A stretch of DNA of 43,774 bases from Hormoscilla sp. (GTDB taxonomy: Bacteria; Cyanobacteriota; Cyanobacteriia; Cyanobacteriales; Desertifilaceae): positions 1 to 43,774 of the forward strand of contig JBFRWI010000183.1 of the NCBI GenBank assembly GCA_051439505.1, written 5' to 3'. Shown in pieces: positions 1 to 10,167 of this stretch. Position numbers and translations under genes: made by a program. The notes under the pieces were generated by a model. That model was not told the origin of the DNA. It saw nothing but the letters and a program-made list of their open reading frames with translations, and searched no databases. Numbering within the stretch: the stretch's first letter is position 1; every line of letters begins with the position of its first letter.

Positions 1-332
1 GTTGTAGAGGATCCCCCCCAAACCCCCCCTTCCAAAAGGGGGGGCTCCGGAAGCCCCCCTTTGTAAGGGGGGTTTGGGGGGATCCGGCGACTGGGAGGGC
101 CGCCCGAACGATCAACTGTTTTTGACCACACCCGTTACAGACAGCCGCGCAACGGTTAGCGTGGCGCAGCCATATTTTGAATTTTTAATTTTGAATTTTG
201 AATTGTTTAGCGGGGCGAGTCTTTCTTACCAACTGATTTTGACCACACCCCCTCGCAATGACAAGTAGGTGATTTTTTTGCACTACATCAATTTGAGAAA
301 CGCTATATCGTTCGGGGGGAAAATAAAGTTAA

Positions 333-914
333 TTAATTGAAGCCCGATCGCCCATTATTTTCTGCTCTTGCTTGACAGAGTAACCTTGACAATATCCGAC
401 CGATATTCCAGGCATCATCGCCCCCCCGGTGGTGAGTTCCTTCCAGAGGCAGATTGAGTATTTCTAAGGCCCGGGCCATGCCTACTTCTCGATCCATGGC
501 ATTAATAATTGCCAACAAGTTTTTGACATTGATATGCTTCGGACCAAAAGGATATTTGATCGATCGGGCAAGGCATTGTCTCTGGAATTGTCTTTTATCG
601 TACTCTCCATAGCTGGCCCAAACTCGCTGATGGGTGTTATAATTCTTGCGCAGCTGTAAGCAAGCTTCGGCAAAGGAAATTCCTGTATCTACTTGTGACT
701 GGGTTAAGGTGGTCAGTTTGGTACAGAATTCACTTACTTGAGAACGTTCTGGCTTGACTAAGATACTATCTTTTTCTATTGCTTGACCGGAATTTATATC
801 AACTACGCAAATTCCAATCTCGATAATTTCATTTTCTTGACCTGCTGGCGGTTTACCTTGCCAGCAAGTCGCTTCTACATCTACTACGATGATTCGATCT
901 AGTTTATCTCCCAT
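333..914 (-). CDS. DEDDh 3'-5' exonuclease (ERI1/KapD-like)
   Basis: Motifs VVDVEATCW, EIIEIG, WASYGEYD and HHRGGDDAWN. Start moved to the ATG at 914 (MGDKLD). Confidence 0.9.
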   Translation of the reverse strand: MGDKLDRIIVVDVEATCWQGKPPAGQENEIIEIGICVVDINSGQAIEKDSILVKPERSQVSEFCTKLTTLTQSQVDTGISFAEACLQLRKNYNTHQRVWASYGEYDKRQFQRQCLARSIKYPFGPKHINVKNLLAIINAMDREVGMARALEILNLPLEGTHHRGGDDAWNIGRILSRLLCQARAENNGRSGFN

Positions 915-959
915 TTTTACTTTTACACAAACGGGCGGGCCGCAGCCCACCCACAAAGA

Positions 960-1352
960 TTAATTATCTTTGGCGATCGCCTCTGGTTTCAGCAAGTTTT
1001 CCAATTTTTCTTTCGACCAAGTTTGCGTGGGATAGGCGATCGCGAATATCGATTCCAGCCGAATCAACCACGTGATACATTTATATTCATCATCGTCTTC
1101 GTCATATTCATCGGGAGGTACTAACAGGAGGATTTCCACAAACTCCTGGTCCAAATTTATCGGGATACCAGAGAAACTGTCCTCGGCTTCAATCTGAATT
1201 TTGCTCCCGCGATCGAGGGCTTCTTTTAACCGCTGGTACAGCAGATTCGACTTTTTCTCCTGGGATTTTTTTGCCAAAATTATTCTCCCTAAATTGCAAA
1301 TAATGCTCGATCGAACTGGTTCGGGATTTCTCGCAGAAGGGGCGATCGCCAC
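960..1352 (-). CDS. hypothetical protein (130 aa)
   Basis: Tightly packed between the HNH and exonuclease genes on the same strand. Start uncertain. Confidence 0.65.
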   Translation of the reverse strand: MAIAPSARNPEPVRSSIICNLGRIILAKKSQEKKSNLLYQRLKEALDRGSKIQIEAEDSFSGIPINLDQEFVEILLLVPPDEYDEDDDEYKCITWLIRLESIFAIAYPTQTWSKEKLENLLKPEAIAKDN

Positions 1353-1356
1353 CTAT

Positions 1357-1638
1357 TTAACTTCTTTGGCGACGCACTTGTATGTGCCGGTCAGCCTTCT
1401 GCTTCCTCACCCATGACAAGAATTTTTCCATCTGAGGCTCGTTTTTCAGTTTTTCTATGCTATTGAATTCCTCCGCCAAGCGCTTGTTGTCAAACGTAGC
1501 ATGGATCTGTCGGTGACAAGCAGCACAGATCTCGACGGTCGGACCGGGAGACTGCTTTTTCCGTTTTGTCCTCTGTCGGGGAACTAGATGATGAACGGTC
1601 AGACGACCGACTTCCCTTTCACATAGTTTACACTGCAT
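1357..1638 (-). CDS. small HNH endonuclease (93 aa)
   Basis: MQCKLC...LTVHHLVP...ICAACHRQIH zinc-binding HNH pattern. Real start is the ATG at 1638, not 1887. Confidence 0.85.
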   Translation of the reverse strand: MQCKLCEREVGRLTVHHLVPRQRTKRKKQSPGPTVEICAACHRQIHATFDNKRLAEEFNSIEKLKNEPQMEKFLSWVRKQKADRHIQVRRQRS

Positions 1639-2454
1639 GCTGTTCCTCCTGCAACTACCGATCCCCCGATCGCCCCTACGCAAAGCTGGGCAACTAACTC
1701 CGTGGCCGTGGCCGCACTCTGCAACTGAATGCCTGTCTCTTGCAGGACTTTTTCTATCCCCCGATCGCTCAACCGCATGCCTGCCGTGAGAAAATCCGTA
1801 CAGGGTTGTTGGTGTCGCACCGTGGGAGTTTGGCTGCGCTTGGCCCAGAAATGACTGATGACATGGAAAACATGCCCGGTTCCCCAATCAAAACGCACTG
1901 CCACTACTGGTGCTTTATATTTTACCAACAAATCGTGGCTGGCTGCTTCCACACTTCTCTGGGTCGATCACCTCTATGGGATAGCTTCCCCACAACCACC
2001 ACTGGGGATCGGCACCCAATACGGCAATTTCGGACCACAAACTATCTAGGTAAGGTTCTACTGATATGACTGATTCGTCGCTAGACACTTTCGTCCAGCG
2101 GACTGTATTGGGAAATGCTGGCTCGATGATATAATGCAGGGCCCAATCTGAGGTGACTAGCCATGTGCCCTTTTTTACCCGATCGCCTATTTTGGCAATG
2201 AGAGTTTGGTCGTAATTCCTAGAACAATTGACAAAAACAATCTTCGGGTCTGTTTTCTTAGCATTAGGATTTACGAGGGCGGGAATTTGCAAACATTTCA
2301 ATACCTCCTCCACTTGGTCGAAAGTCCCGGCATAGGCAGCTACCTCATCTTTGCGAATGCGATCGAGAATTGTCAAGTAGTCGGGATGCTGTTCGGCAAA
2401 CCTTTGTCGCACCGCTGCGGCGGCCACTTTGTAAGCTATTTTTATTGTACTCAT
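1599..2454 (-). pseudogene. hypothetical protein split by a frameshift near 1955
   Basis: MSTIKIAYK... (ATG at 2454, GGAG upstream) reads to ...EVIDPEK and continues as VEAASHDLL... in ORF 1599-1952 in another frame. The ORF-track extension to 2577 runs through a repeat element. Confidence 0.6.
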
Positions 2455-2509
2455 TTTATCTTCTCCTACCAAACTATAGTAGGTCGTACAATTCCAAGCT
2501 TCGTTGTTA

Positions 2510-2563
2510 GCCCGCCGGGGGTTCAAACCCCCGGCTAATAGCTTAAGTGGGTTAAAACCCACT
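2510..2563. repeat. palindromic dispersed repeat CCGGGGGTTCAAACCCCCGGCTAATAGC
   Basis: Copies at ~4526-4579 and, inverted, ~25930-25982. Confidence 0.8.
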
Positions 2564-2676
2564 GGAAGCCTTATCAATAAATTGTTTAGTCCACAAAGCG
2601 TGGAAGAGTCGATCTTATACGATCGGGACGGGAAAGTTATGCACTAGAGACGCAACACTGGGCGTCTCTAGTATAG

Positions 2677-4350
<1,674 letters not shown>

Positions 4351-4359
4351 AATCAGATA

Positions 4360-4482
4360 CCGCGCAAGTTAGAGAAGCTTTTGGTTTAATTGTTGCCTGC
4401 TATAGGTCTCAGGCTTGCAGCGTAACTACCGATTACGCACCGTGGTTTGGTTGGTATGTAGGCTTCTCTTGTTAGGGCGCGG
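4360..4482 (-). ncRNA. scaffold RNA cassette A (non-tRNA insert with two hairpins)
   Basis: 5' CCGCGCCCUAAC-AAGAGAAGC-CUACAUAC ... AGCUUCUC-UAACUUGCGCGG 3'. Insert hairpins GCGUAA/UUACGC and GCCUG/CAGGC. Confidence 0.7.
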
Positions 4483-4620
4483 CGACAACTGCTAAACAAT
4501 TCAAAATTCAAAACTTCGCACTTCACCCGCCGGGGGTTCAAACCCCCGGCTAATAGCTAAAGTCGGTTAAAACCGACTAAGAAGAGCCGTAGGTTGGGTT
4601 GACGTTAGGAAACCCAACGA

Positions 4621-4852
4621 TGGCAATGCCAACAAATAAGAAGATTTTATCACTCTACAAGTTCCCCGTTCCCACCCTCACCAAAATCCTAGACCAGCAC
4701 GCGGTTGTAACTTTAACAATGCCCTGTACGCCTGTGACATTGCTGGGCTTTATTTGTAACTTAATCATGGCCCCTCATGGTCAGATTATAAGTCTGATTT
4801 TCCAACTTACCCTGTTGGCGGGTTGTGCTCGCTTCTATTCCTTTGGCTACCA
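4621..4852 (-). ncRNA. candidate multi-branched structured RNA downstream of the DIP1984-family gene
   Basis: Closing stems UGGUA-GCCAA/UUGGC-AU-UGCCA and AAUAGAAG/CUUCUUAUU. Internal hairpins CCAAC/GUUGG, UCAGA/UCUGA, GCAAUGUC/GGCAUUGU. AAGUUACAA occurs twice. Confidence 0.45.
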
Positions 4853-4858
4853 ACTTGC

Positions 4859-5317
4859 TCAATCAATCAGTTCTGTCGTCCAATTTGCTGCTTGAATTTT
4901 TGTATCTAACTCCCGATAGTCTCTAGACATTATATCCATTTGCCCTTGCAGTTCGGCAACGTTGACCGTGCTGAAGGTTTTGATTTCCGATCGCCCGTAC
5001 CGATTTTGGTTCACAGCAGCGGCATTTACTAGACTATCATATACGCTGCGTTTTAGCAAGATAGCATCCCTCTGGGCTAAAGCATCGGACATAGTCATCC
5101 CGTCTTCCAGATTTGTCCGGGAATTGGTAGAATTGATTTTCTTAATCAATTCTACCAGTTCATTTACCGTTGCGTCCAACTCGGCAATCAAAGCTTGGGG
5201 ATCTTCTGGGGGTGCTTCTCCTTCCTGGACTTGGGCACTTCTGGTTAGTCTTGCTCGCAACTGTTGGACTTTCTTCTGACAATCTGCTCTCAGAATCAAC
5301 GCTTCTGCTAATTTCAT
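4859..5317 (-). CDS. DIP1984-family coiled-coil protein
   Basis: Characteristic MKLAEALILRAD...VQEGEAPPEDP...RELDTKIQAANWTTEL. GGAGGTG RBS. Confidence 0.85.
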   Translation of the reverse strand: MKLAEALILRADCQKKVQQLRARLTRSAQVQEGEAPPEDPQALIAELDATVNELVELIKKINSTNSRTNLEDGMTMSDALAQRDAILLKRSVYDSLVNAAAVNQNRYGRSEIKTFSTVNVAELQGQMDIMSRDYRELDTKIQAANWTTELID

Positions 5318-5471
5318 CTGTTATCACCTCCTCATTATATCATTTTTATGGGCGATCGCCCTATCAATTATATCTTTTTTGCAGCCTGTTGCCCCTGTTG
5401 AGAACGCCTCCCACGAGTTGAAAAAGCTTTCGTCAGGGTGCGAGGCGCTATTTGAAACTATAGCATAAGAT

Positions 5472-5604
5472 ATCCGCGCAAGTTAGCAAAGCTATTTTAT
5501 TACCCTTGCGCTCTAGTCCACTGAGCTAATTCCGCAATGCAGAATATAGGATTTGAACCTATGACATCAAGTTGTATGTAAGCTTTACAAGTTAGGGCGC
5601 GGAT
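5472..5604 (-). ncRNA. scaffold RNA cassette B: circularly permuted (YrlA-like) tRNA mimic
   Basis: Order is T arm AUAGG-UUCAAAU-CCUAU, acceptor stem AUUCUGC/GCGGAAU closed by an AUU loop, D arm GCUC-AGUGGACUA-GAGC; CUUG/CAAG joins it to the scaffold. Confidence 0.8.
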
Positions 5605-5717
5605 TAAAAACTCAACTTATATTAATGTAGGGTGGGCACCGCCCACCATCCGCCACTTATAGTAATGTAGGGTGGACGCGGTGCCTGTCATCTCTATTGA
5701 TAGGAGTGAGAGTCGCC

Positions 5718-5834
5718 TCGCGCAAGTCAAGAAAGCTGTTGTTCATACGCGAGATTTGAACCCGCTACAAATCGATGAAAATCGAGTGCTCTACCAAATG
5801 AGCTAGTATGTAAGCTTCCGAGGTTAGGGCGCGA
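5718..5834 (-). ncRNA. scaffold RNA cassette C: normal-order tRNA-like insert
   Basis: CAUAC/GUAUG short acceptor stem, D arm GCUC-AUUUGGUA-GAGC, hairpin UCGAU-UUUC-AUCGA, T arm GCGGG-UUCAAAU-CUCGC, all inside the shared scaffold. Confidence 0.8.
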
Positions 5835-5862
5835 CGCGAACTTCCTACCCAATGCTGTGCCA

Positions 5863-5981
5863 ACGCGCAAGTCAAAAAAGCTGTGGGAAAATACACAGGG
5901 ATCGAACCTGTTACCTTACTAATTATGAGTTAGTTGCTCTACCAATGAGCTAGTATGTAAGCTTTCCAGGTTAGGGCGCGT
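5863..5981 (-). ncRNA. scaffold RNA cassette D: normal-order tRNA-like insert with CAU anticodon
   Basis: D arm GCUC-AUUGGUA-GAGC, anticodon arm ACUAA-CUCAUAA-UUAGU, T arm ACAGG-UUCGAUC-CCUGU. Acceptor stem only 4 bp (AUAC/GUAU), inside the scaffold. Confidence 0.8.
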
Positions 5982-6013
5982 CAGCAGCAGCACGAAGTAA
6001 ATTTTTAATAGGA

Positions 6014-6162
6014 TCCGCGCAAGTCAGAAAAGCTTTTTACAACTTCTAGCGTGTCTACCCTTCCACCATAAAGACCGCAGTCTCCAGTGGGACTCGAACC
6101 CACACTTCTTTTCAGAAACTAGCTTGGATTATGTGTGTATGCTTTTCAGGTCAGGGCGCGGA
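6014..6162 (-). ncRNA. scaffold RNA cassette E: circularly permuted class II (Leu-like) tRNA mimic
   Basis: CUAG, variable arm UUCU-GAAA-AGAA, T arm GUGGG-UUCGAGU-CCCAC, acceptor UGGAGAC/GUCUUUA closed by UGCG, Leu-type D arm GUG-GAAGGGUAGA-CAC, then CUAG. Confidence 0.8.
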
Positions 6163-6175
6163 AAAAAGTCTATTT

Positions 6176-6445
<270 letters not shown>

Positions 6446-6486
6446 CTATATCGGTTGCCAAACATTTTATGAAATGCCCTATTTCT

Positions 6487-6554
6487 TATTCAGTTTTCTA
6501 GGTTCGGATGGGCCGAGCGCAGTAGAGAGGTTTTCGCCCCTCCTTTGCCTGCCC
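6487..6554 (-). promoter_or_regulatory. leader hairpin plus boxA-like element (ACCTAGAAAACTGAATA)
   Basis: Hairpin GAGGGG-CGAAAA-CCTCTC followed by a motif nearly identical to ACCTTGAAAACTGAATA in the tRNA array leader. Confidence 0.55.
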
Positions 6555-6561
6555 TATGTCT

Positions 6562-6590
6562 ATACTACACAATACCACTCGTACTGTCAA
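6562..6590 (-). promoter_or_regulatory. sigma70-type promoter, proximal
   Basis: TTGACA-17 bp-TAGTAT. Confidence 0.8.
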
Positions 6591-6663
6591 GGGTCTGAGA
6601 AAATTTTTTTTCTGAGGCGATCGCCCTATTGTGGTTCTTCCTCTCCTAATATGCCCTATCTAT

Positions 6664-6693
6664 ATACTACATACATATTACATCTACTGTCAA
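6664..6693 (-). promoter_or_regulatory. sigma70-type promoter, distal, overlapped by TACTACA-N4-TATTACA
   Basis: TTGACA-18 bp-TAGTAT. Flanks resemble those of the proximal promoter. Confidence 0.7.
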
Positions 6694-6873
6694 GGGTTTG
6701 AGAAAAGTTTTTTTTCAGAATGGTTCAAACCCAGGCATGGCAAGGGTTACAGGTTTTCGCTCCCGGAAGAGTCAAGCTCCATAGCACCGGTGACTGATGA
6801 GAATATGACCGGCGATCGCCATCAAGAGTACCGGTAATGGGCGATCGCCCTTTCAGGGGAATACCTCTGAGGA

Positions 6874-7275
6874 TCAGTCGTCGTAGTTAAACTTCAAGGT
6901 GAGAAACTCATCACTAGAACCCGGTCCATTACAAAACATCTCCTTCTTATTGGAGTGTTCGTCCTTCATACAACGAACCTTGCGCTTAAACCCTTCCAGG
7001 TTGTTCTTGTAGCGACCGGGGTCAATTTTGAGCTTATTTCGGAACTCACTCCAAGGAACATCAACAATTTTGTCACCACAGACCATCTCCACTTCGCCGC
7101 CTTCCACGTCAACATCGCCAAAATCTACTTCCAACTCGGCATCTTCGATCTCCACGAATTTGCAGGTTTCCAGTTTAGCTTGCTTGCCGCAAGCACCTAA
7201 AAGCCCTACGGTGATGACGAAAACGCTGCCCAGAGTAACATTCGCGATCCTTTGCCTGTCTAGATTACAACTCAT
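6874..7275 (-). CDS. putative lipoprotein
   Basis: Hydrophobic signal with lipobox LLGAC. AAGGAGG RBS. Confidence 0.75.
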   Translation of the reverse strand: MSCNLDRQRIANVTLGSVFVITVGLLGACGKQAKLETCKFVEIEDAELEVDFGDVDVEGGEVEMVCGDKIVDVPWSEFRNKLKIDPGRYKNNLEGFKRKVRCMKDEHSNKKEMFCNGPGSSDEFLTLKFNYDD

Positions 7276-7528
7276 TTTGAAACCTCCTTTATCAAACTGT
7301 CCCTAGCAGTTTTGTATATTCTACCAGGAGGGCAAGTTCTGCATCCAGCAGGCAAGGGAAGTCCACCAGGGAGGTACTGCCGCTTCTAAAAATCTCTGTA
7401 TATCTAGGCAAGGAGCCGAAAGTCATACAAAGACCCAAGTCCACGGTATAACTTCGCTTAACTAGAAGTGCGCTTGCGCTTGGTCTGGTTTCTCCCGCAA
7501 GCAGGAGCCACCATTCCCTTGACCTCTA

Positions 7529-8615
7529 ATCCCCAGGGTCTCTCCGGTCACGTTCGGTTGAGGCTCTGCCTCCTGGCCTCGACTAATTAGCTCATAGGAG
7601 TCCGAGAAATCACAAGCTCACTCTTAGCAGAGCCTCTGATTGCTCATTCCCAGGGAGACCCACCGGAACGAGGGAACGAGGGAACAAGAGAAAAGCAATT
7701 GGTAAATTACCTCGTGACCAGGGTCTCCCTGGTCACGTTCCTTTGAGGCTCTGCCTCCTGGTCTGGATTAATTAGCTCACAGGAGTCCGAGAAATCACAA
7801 GAGGCAGAGCCTCTGATTGTTCGTTCCCAGCTCGACCCTGGGAACGAGAGAACGAGAGAAAATCTGACGGATATCCTCTTCTCATGCATCCAGTTGTGCT
7901 TGAATGAATGCTCGAAGAGCCTCCTGCAATTCGCCATGCTCTGAGGAGCTAAATCGGACGGAGGTCCTCTGCTCAGGTGGATAATGCCAGACAGGCCCGA
8001 CACGATAGCGCTCAGGTTCACTCATATATCGCGGAAAAATATGCGCATGCAGCGCGGCATCGGTGTTACCCAAGATCGAATAGTTGATCCTGTGAGAATC
8101 AGTACATGCAAGCAGAGCATCACCAATCAAAGCCATATCGCTCAGGTATTGGGCTCTTGCTGGCATTGTCAGATGGTTCAGGTCAGGCACAACAGGATCG
8201 CCCAGCAGCAACGCATACCCCCGAATGAATTGATAGTCGCCCAGAACCGCCCAACCAGAGGGCATTCGGCAAATCACATACGGATTGCCCCCCTGCCGTG
8301 CAGACTCTACGCGCTGATGGATCAGTGTGCTCATGGCCATAACTTGATTTCAAAGAATGCGGGAAACAACGGAGTGCTCCCTTGCGCGAGATTGTGTCTC
8401 GTAAGCTTCAGACAGAGCGAATGCCCGATCGAGATTAGGCACATAATAAGCCCTTTCCCTCGTGACCGGGGTCTCCCTGGTCACGTTCCTTTGAGGCTCT
8501 GCCTCCTGGCCTGGATTAATTAGCTCACAGGAGTCCGAGAAATCACAAGCTCACTCTTAGCAGAGCCTCTGATTGTTCATTCCCAGGGAGACCCACCGGA
8601 ACGAGGGAACGAGAG
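7529..8615. repeat. three direct copies of a ~150-bp repeat (about 7535-7690, 7710-7860, 8459-8615)
   Basis: Shared GGTCACGTTC...GAGGCTCTGCCTCCTGG...GAGTCCGAGAAATCACAAG...GCAGAGCCTCTGATTG...GGAACGAG. Confidence 0.85.
7882..8340 (-). CDS. HIT-family nucleotide hydrolase-like protein
   Basis: RINYSILGN...LHAHIFPRY HIT-like motif. Confidence 0.8.
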   Translation of the reverse strand: MAMSTLIHQRVESARQGGNPYVICRMPSGWAVLGDYQFIRGYALLLGDPVVPDLNHLTMPARAQYLSDMALIGDALLACTDSHRINYSILGNTDAALHAHIFPRYMSEPERYRVGPVWHYPPEQRTSVRFSSSEHGELQEALRAFIQAQLDA

Positions 8616-8659
8616 AAATAAATCACACCTCCTGTTTTAATGAATGTATTATCAATCAG

Positions 8660-8732
8660 CACCCCCACCAGGATTCAAACCTGGGACGATCGCCTTAGAA
8701 GGGCGCTGCTCTGTTCCCTGAGCTATGGGGGC
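8660..8732 (-). tRNA. trnR: tRNA-Arg(TCT), slightly degenerate
   Basis: Cloverleaf with anticodon loop CUUCUAA. T loop UUUGAAU is non-canonical. Confidence 0.75.
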
Positions 8733-8799
8733 ATAAGCAATTCAAAATTCAAAATTCAGAATTCAAATTTGGGAAAAAAATTGATAAAAAGGGTTTCGG

Positions 8800-9129
8800 C
8801 GTTTTAATCGATCGCCGTCTAGCAATGAGAGCATCTACCCGTTGCAAGGCCGCTCTTGCTTGAGTAGTGCTGCGCGGCGGAAATAATGCACCAGCCTCAT
8901 ATTGGCTCAAAGCCTTGATACACAATCATTTTGAATTTTGAATTCTGAATTTTGAATTCCGCGCAGCGGCAGTAGCATGTTCGTCTCGGGATTTGAATCC
9001 CGTCGGCACCTTGCCAACTTCAACAACAGCAATTAAGGTATTCTCATCTAAATTACCCCGTGCAGAATCAATCCGTTTTTCTAACAGCGTCAACTCTGCC
9101 AATGCATCCGTAACCGTCATGGTTGTCAT
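8800..9129 (-). pseudogene. DIP1984-like coiled-coil gene, interrupted and truncated
   Basis: MTVTDALAELTLLEKRI...DEHAT | QARAALQRVDALIARRRSIK split by an insert at 8868-8970 with AGTAG duplicated at 8863-8867 and 8971-8975. The 3' part is lost at another AATTCAA element. Confidence 0.65.
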
Positions 9130-9167
9130 ATACTTCACCTCCCCTTAAAATTGCTGTATGTTTATTT

Positions 9168-10013
9168 TTATGAGTTACTCGCAAATCCTCTGTGGAATTC
9201 TGAGATAATCTTTTTTTCCTTGGTTGAATCTAAGATCGAGAATAACACGGTCTTAAAGTTTATACATAATCCTCCCCTTGGTAATAATAGATCGGCAAAC
9301 ATTTGGGATACCATTGATGGATCGTTTTTGAAGACCCCGCATCCCCAAGCCCCTAACACTAACGCATCACAACCCCGATCGGCAAACAAACTCAATAATT
9401 TAGAACCCCGATCGTATACAACATCCCTGATTTTAGCAATATCTTCATGGTGGTGTCTCGCGATCGCCCCAGCATTAGGAGCCGGACTGGTGATGAAATC
9501 TACAAGATAAGGTTGTTCGAGTATGGTACCATCATCTTTGCGGAAAATAGGACAATTCGGTGAATAAATCATCCTATGGGAGTATAGCAGAGATTTATGA
9601 GAGCGATGAAAATCATAGTATTGGGGACATTTAACGAGACTCTTGTAAAGTGCGGAACTCCGAGCTAAACTTTCTTCTTGAGCTTGAGCGCCTTTGAGAA
9701 ATCCACCTCCCGGGTTTTTAGCAGAAGCAAAATTTAGCACCCCTATCTTTTGTAAATCTGGCGATCGCGCCAGGCGTTCTGCCCCCATTAAGGTAGTTTC
9801 ATTCCTGACTTCAAATTCGGTATTATCAAATCTAGCAGAATAAGAACTAACCTTTTGCTCGATCTCTAAAAGCCTATCGGGTTCGTAGTATTTCGTCCCA
9901 GCAACACAAGCGGAAACTTCCCGATCGATATCGACTCGTTTACCCTCCGGTGAATGGTAGTAGCCCGCATCGATAATTTTTAGCGTATCTTGGGCGATCG
10001 CCATCCGCTTCAC
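9168..10013 (-). CDS. TIGR02452-family macrodomain / bacterial PARG-like protein
   Basis: VLNFASAKNPGGGFLKGAQAQEESLARSS and LVLGAWGCGVFKN motifs. Confidence 0.9.
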   Translation of the reverse strand: MKRMAIAQDTLKIIDAGYYHSPEGKRVDIDREVSACVAGTKYYEPDRLLEIEQKVSSYSARFDNTEFEVRNETTLMGAERLARSPDLQKIGVLNFASAKNPGGGFLKGAQAQEESLARSSALYKSLVKCPQYYDFHRSHKSLLYSHRMIYSPNCPIFRKDDGTILEQPYLVDFITSPAPNAGAIARHHHEDIAKIRDVVYDRGSKLLSLFADRGCDALVLGAWGCGVFKNDPSMVSQMFADLLLPRGGLCINFKTVLFSILDSTKEKKIISEFHRGFASNS

Positions 10014-10167
10014 GATCTTTCCTCCAATTAAATCTTACGGGTGTAATTAAGCCCGCGCAGGCGGGCTTTGTTTTTGTAGCCGGACCCTTTAGGGTTCGGG
10101 CAGGCTACAGGGGCATTAAGCAATTCAAATTTTTGAATTTTGAATTGATAAATTTTGAATTGCTAAG

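Noticed and set aside
1..270. G/C-rich palindromes and heptamer repeats as a novel element
   Set aside because: Common cyanobacterial dispersed repeats; related copies occur at 24110-24200.
4599..4895. 98-aa plus-strand ORF
   Set aside because: Starts in a repeat, lies antisense to the operon, and the region is better explained by RNA structure.
5718..5981. Cassettes C and D as ordinary tRNA-Glu and tRNA-Met genes
   Set aside because: Acceptor stems are only 4-5 bp, there is no proper NCCA end, and both sit inside the same scaffold as the permuted copies.
4360..6162. CRISPR array interpretation of the repeated flanks with variable inserts
   Set aside because: Each unit has two different, mutually complementary flanks, inserts are structured and of unequal length, spacing is irregular, and no cas genes are present.
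7707..8523. ORFs 7707-8021 and 7984-8523
   Set aside because: Overlap the HIT gene and the 150-bp repeats.
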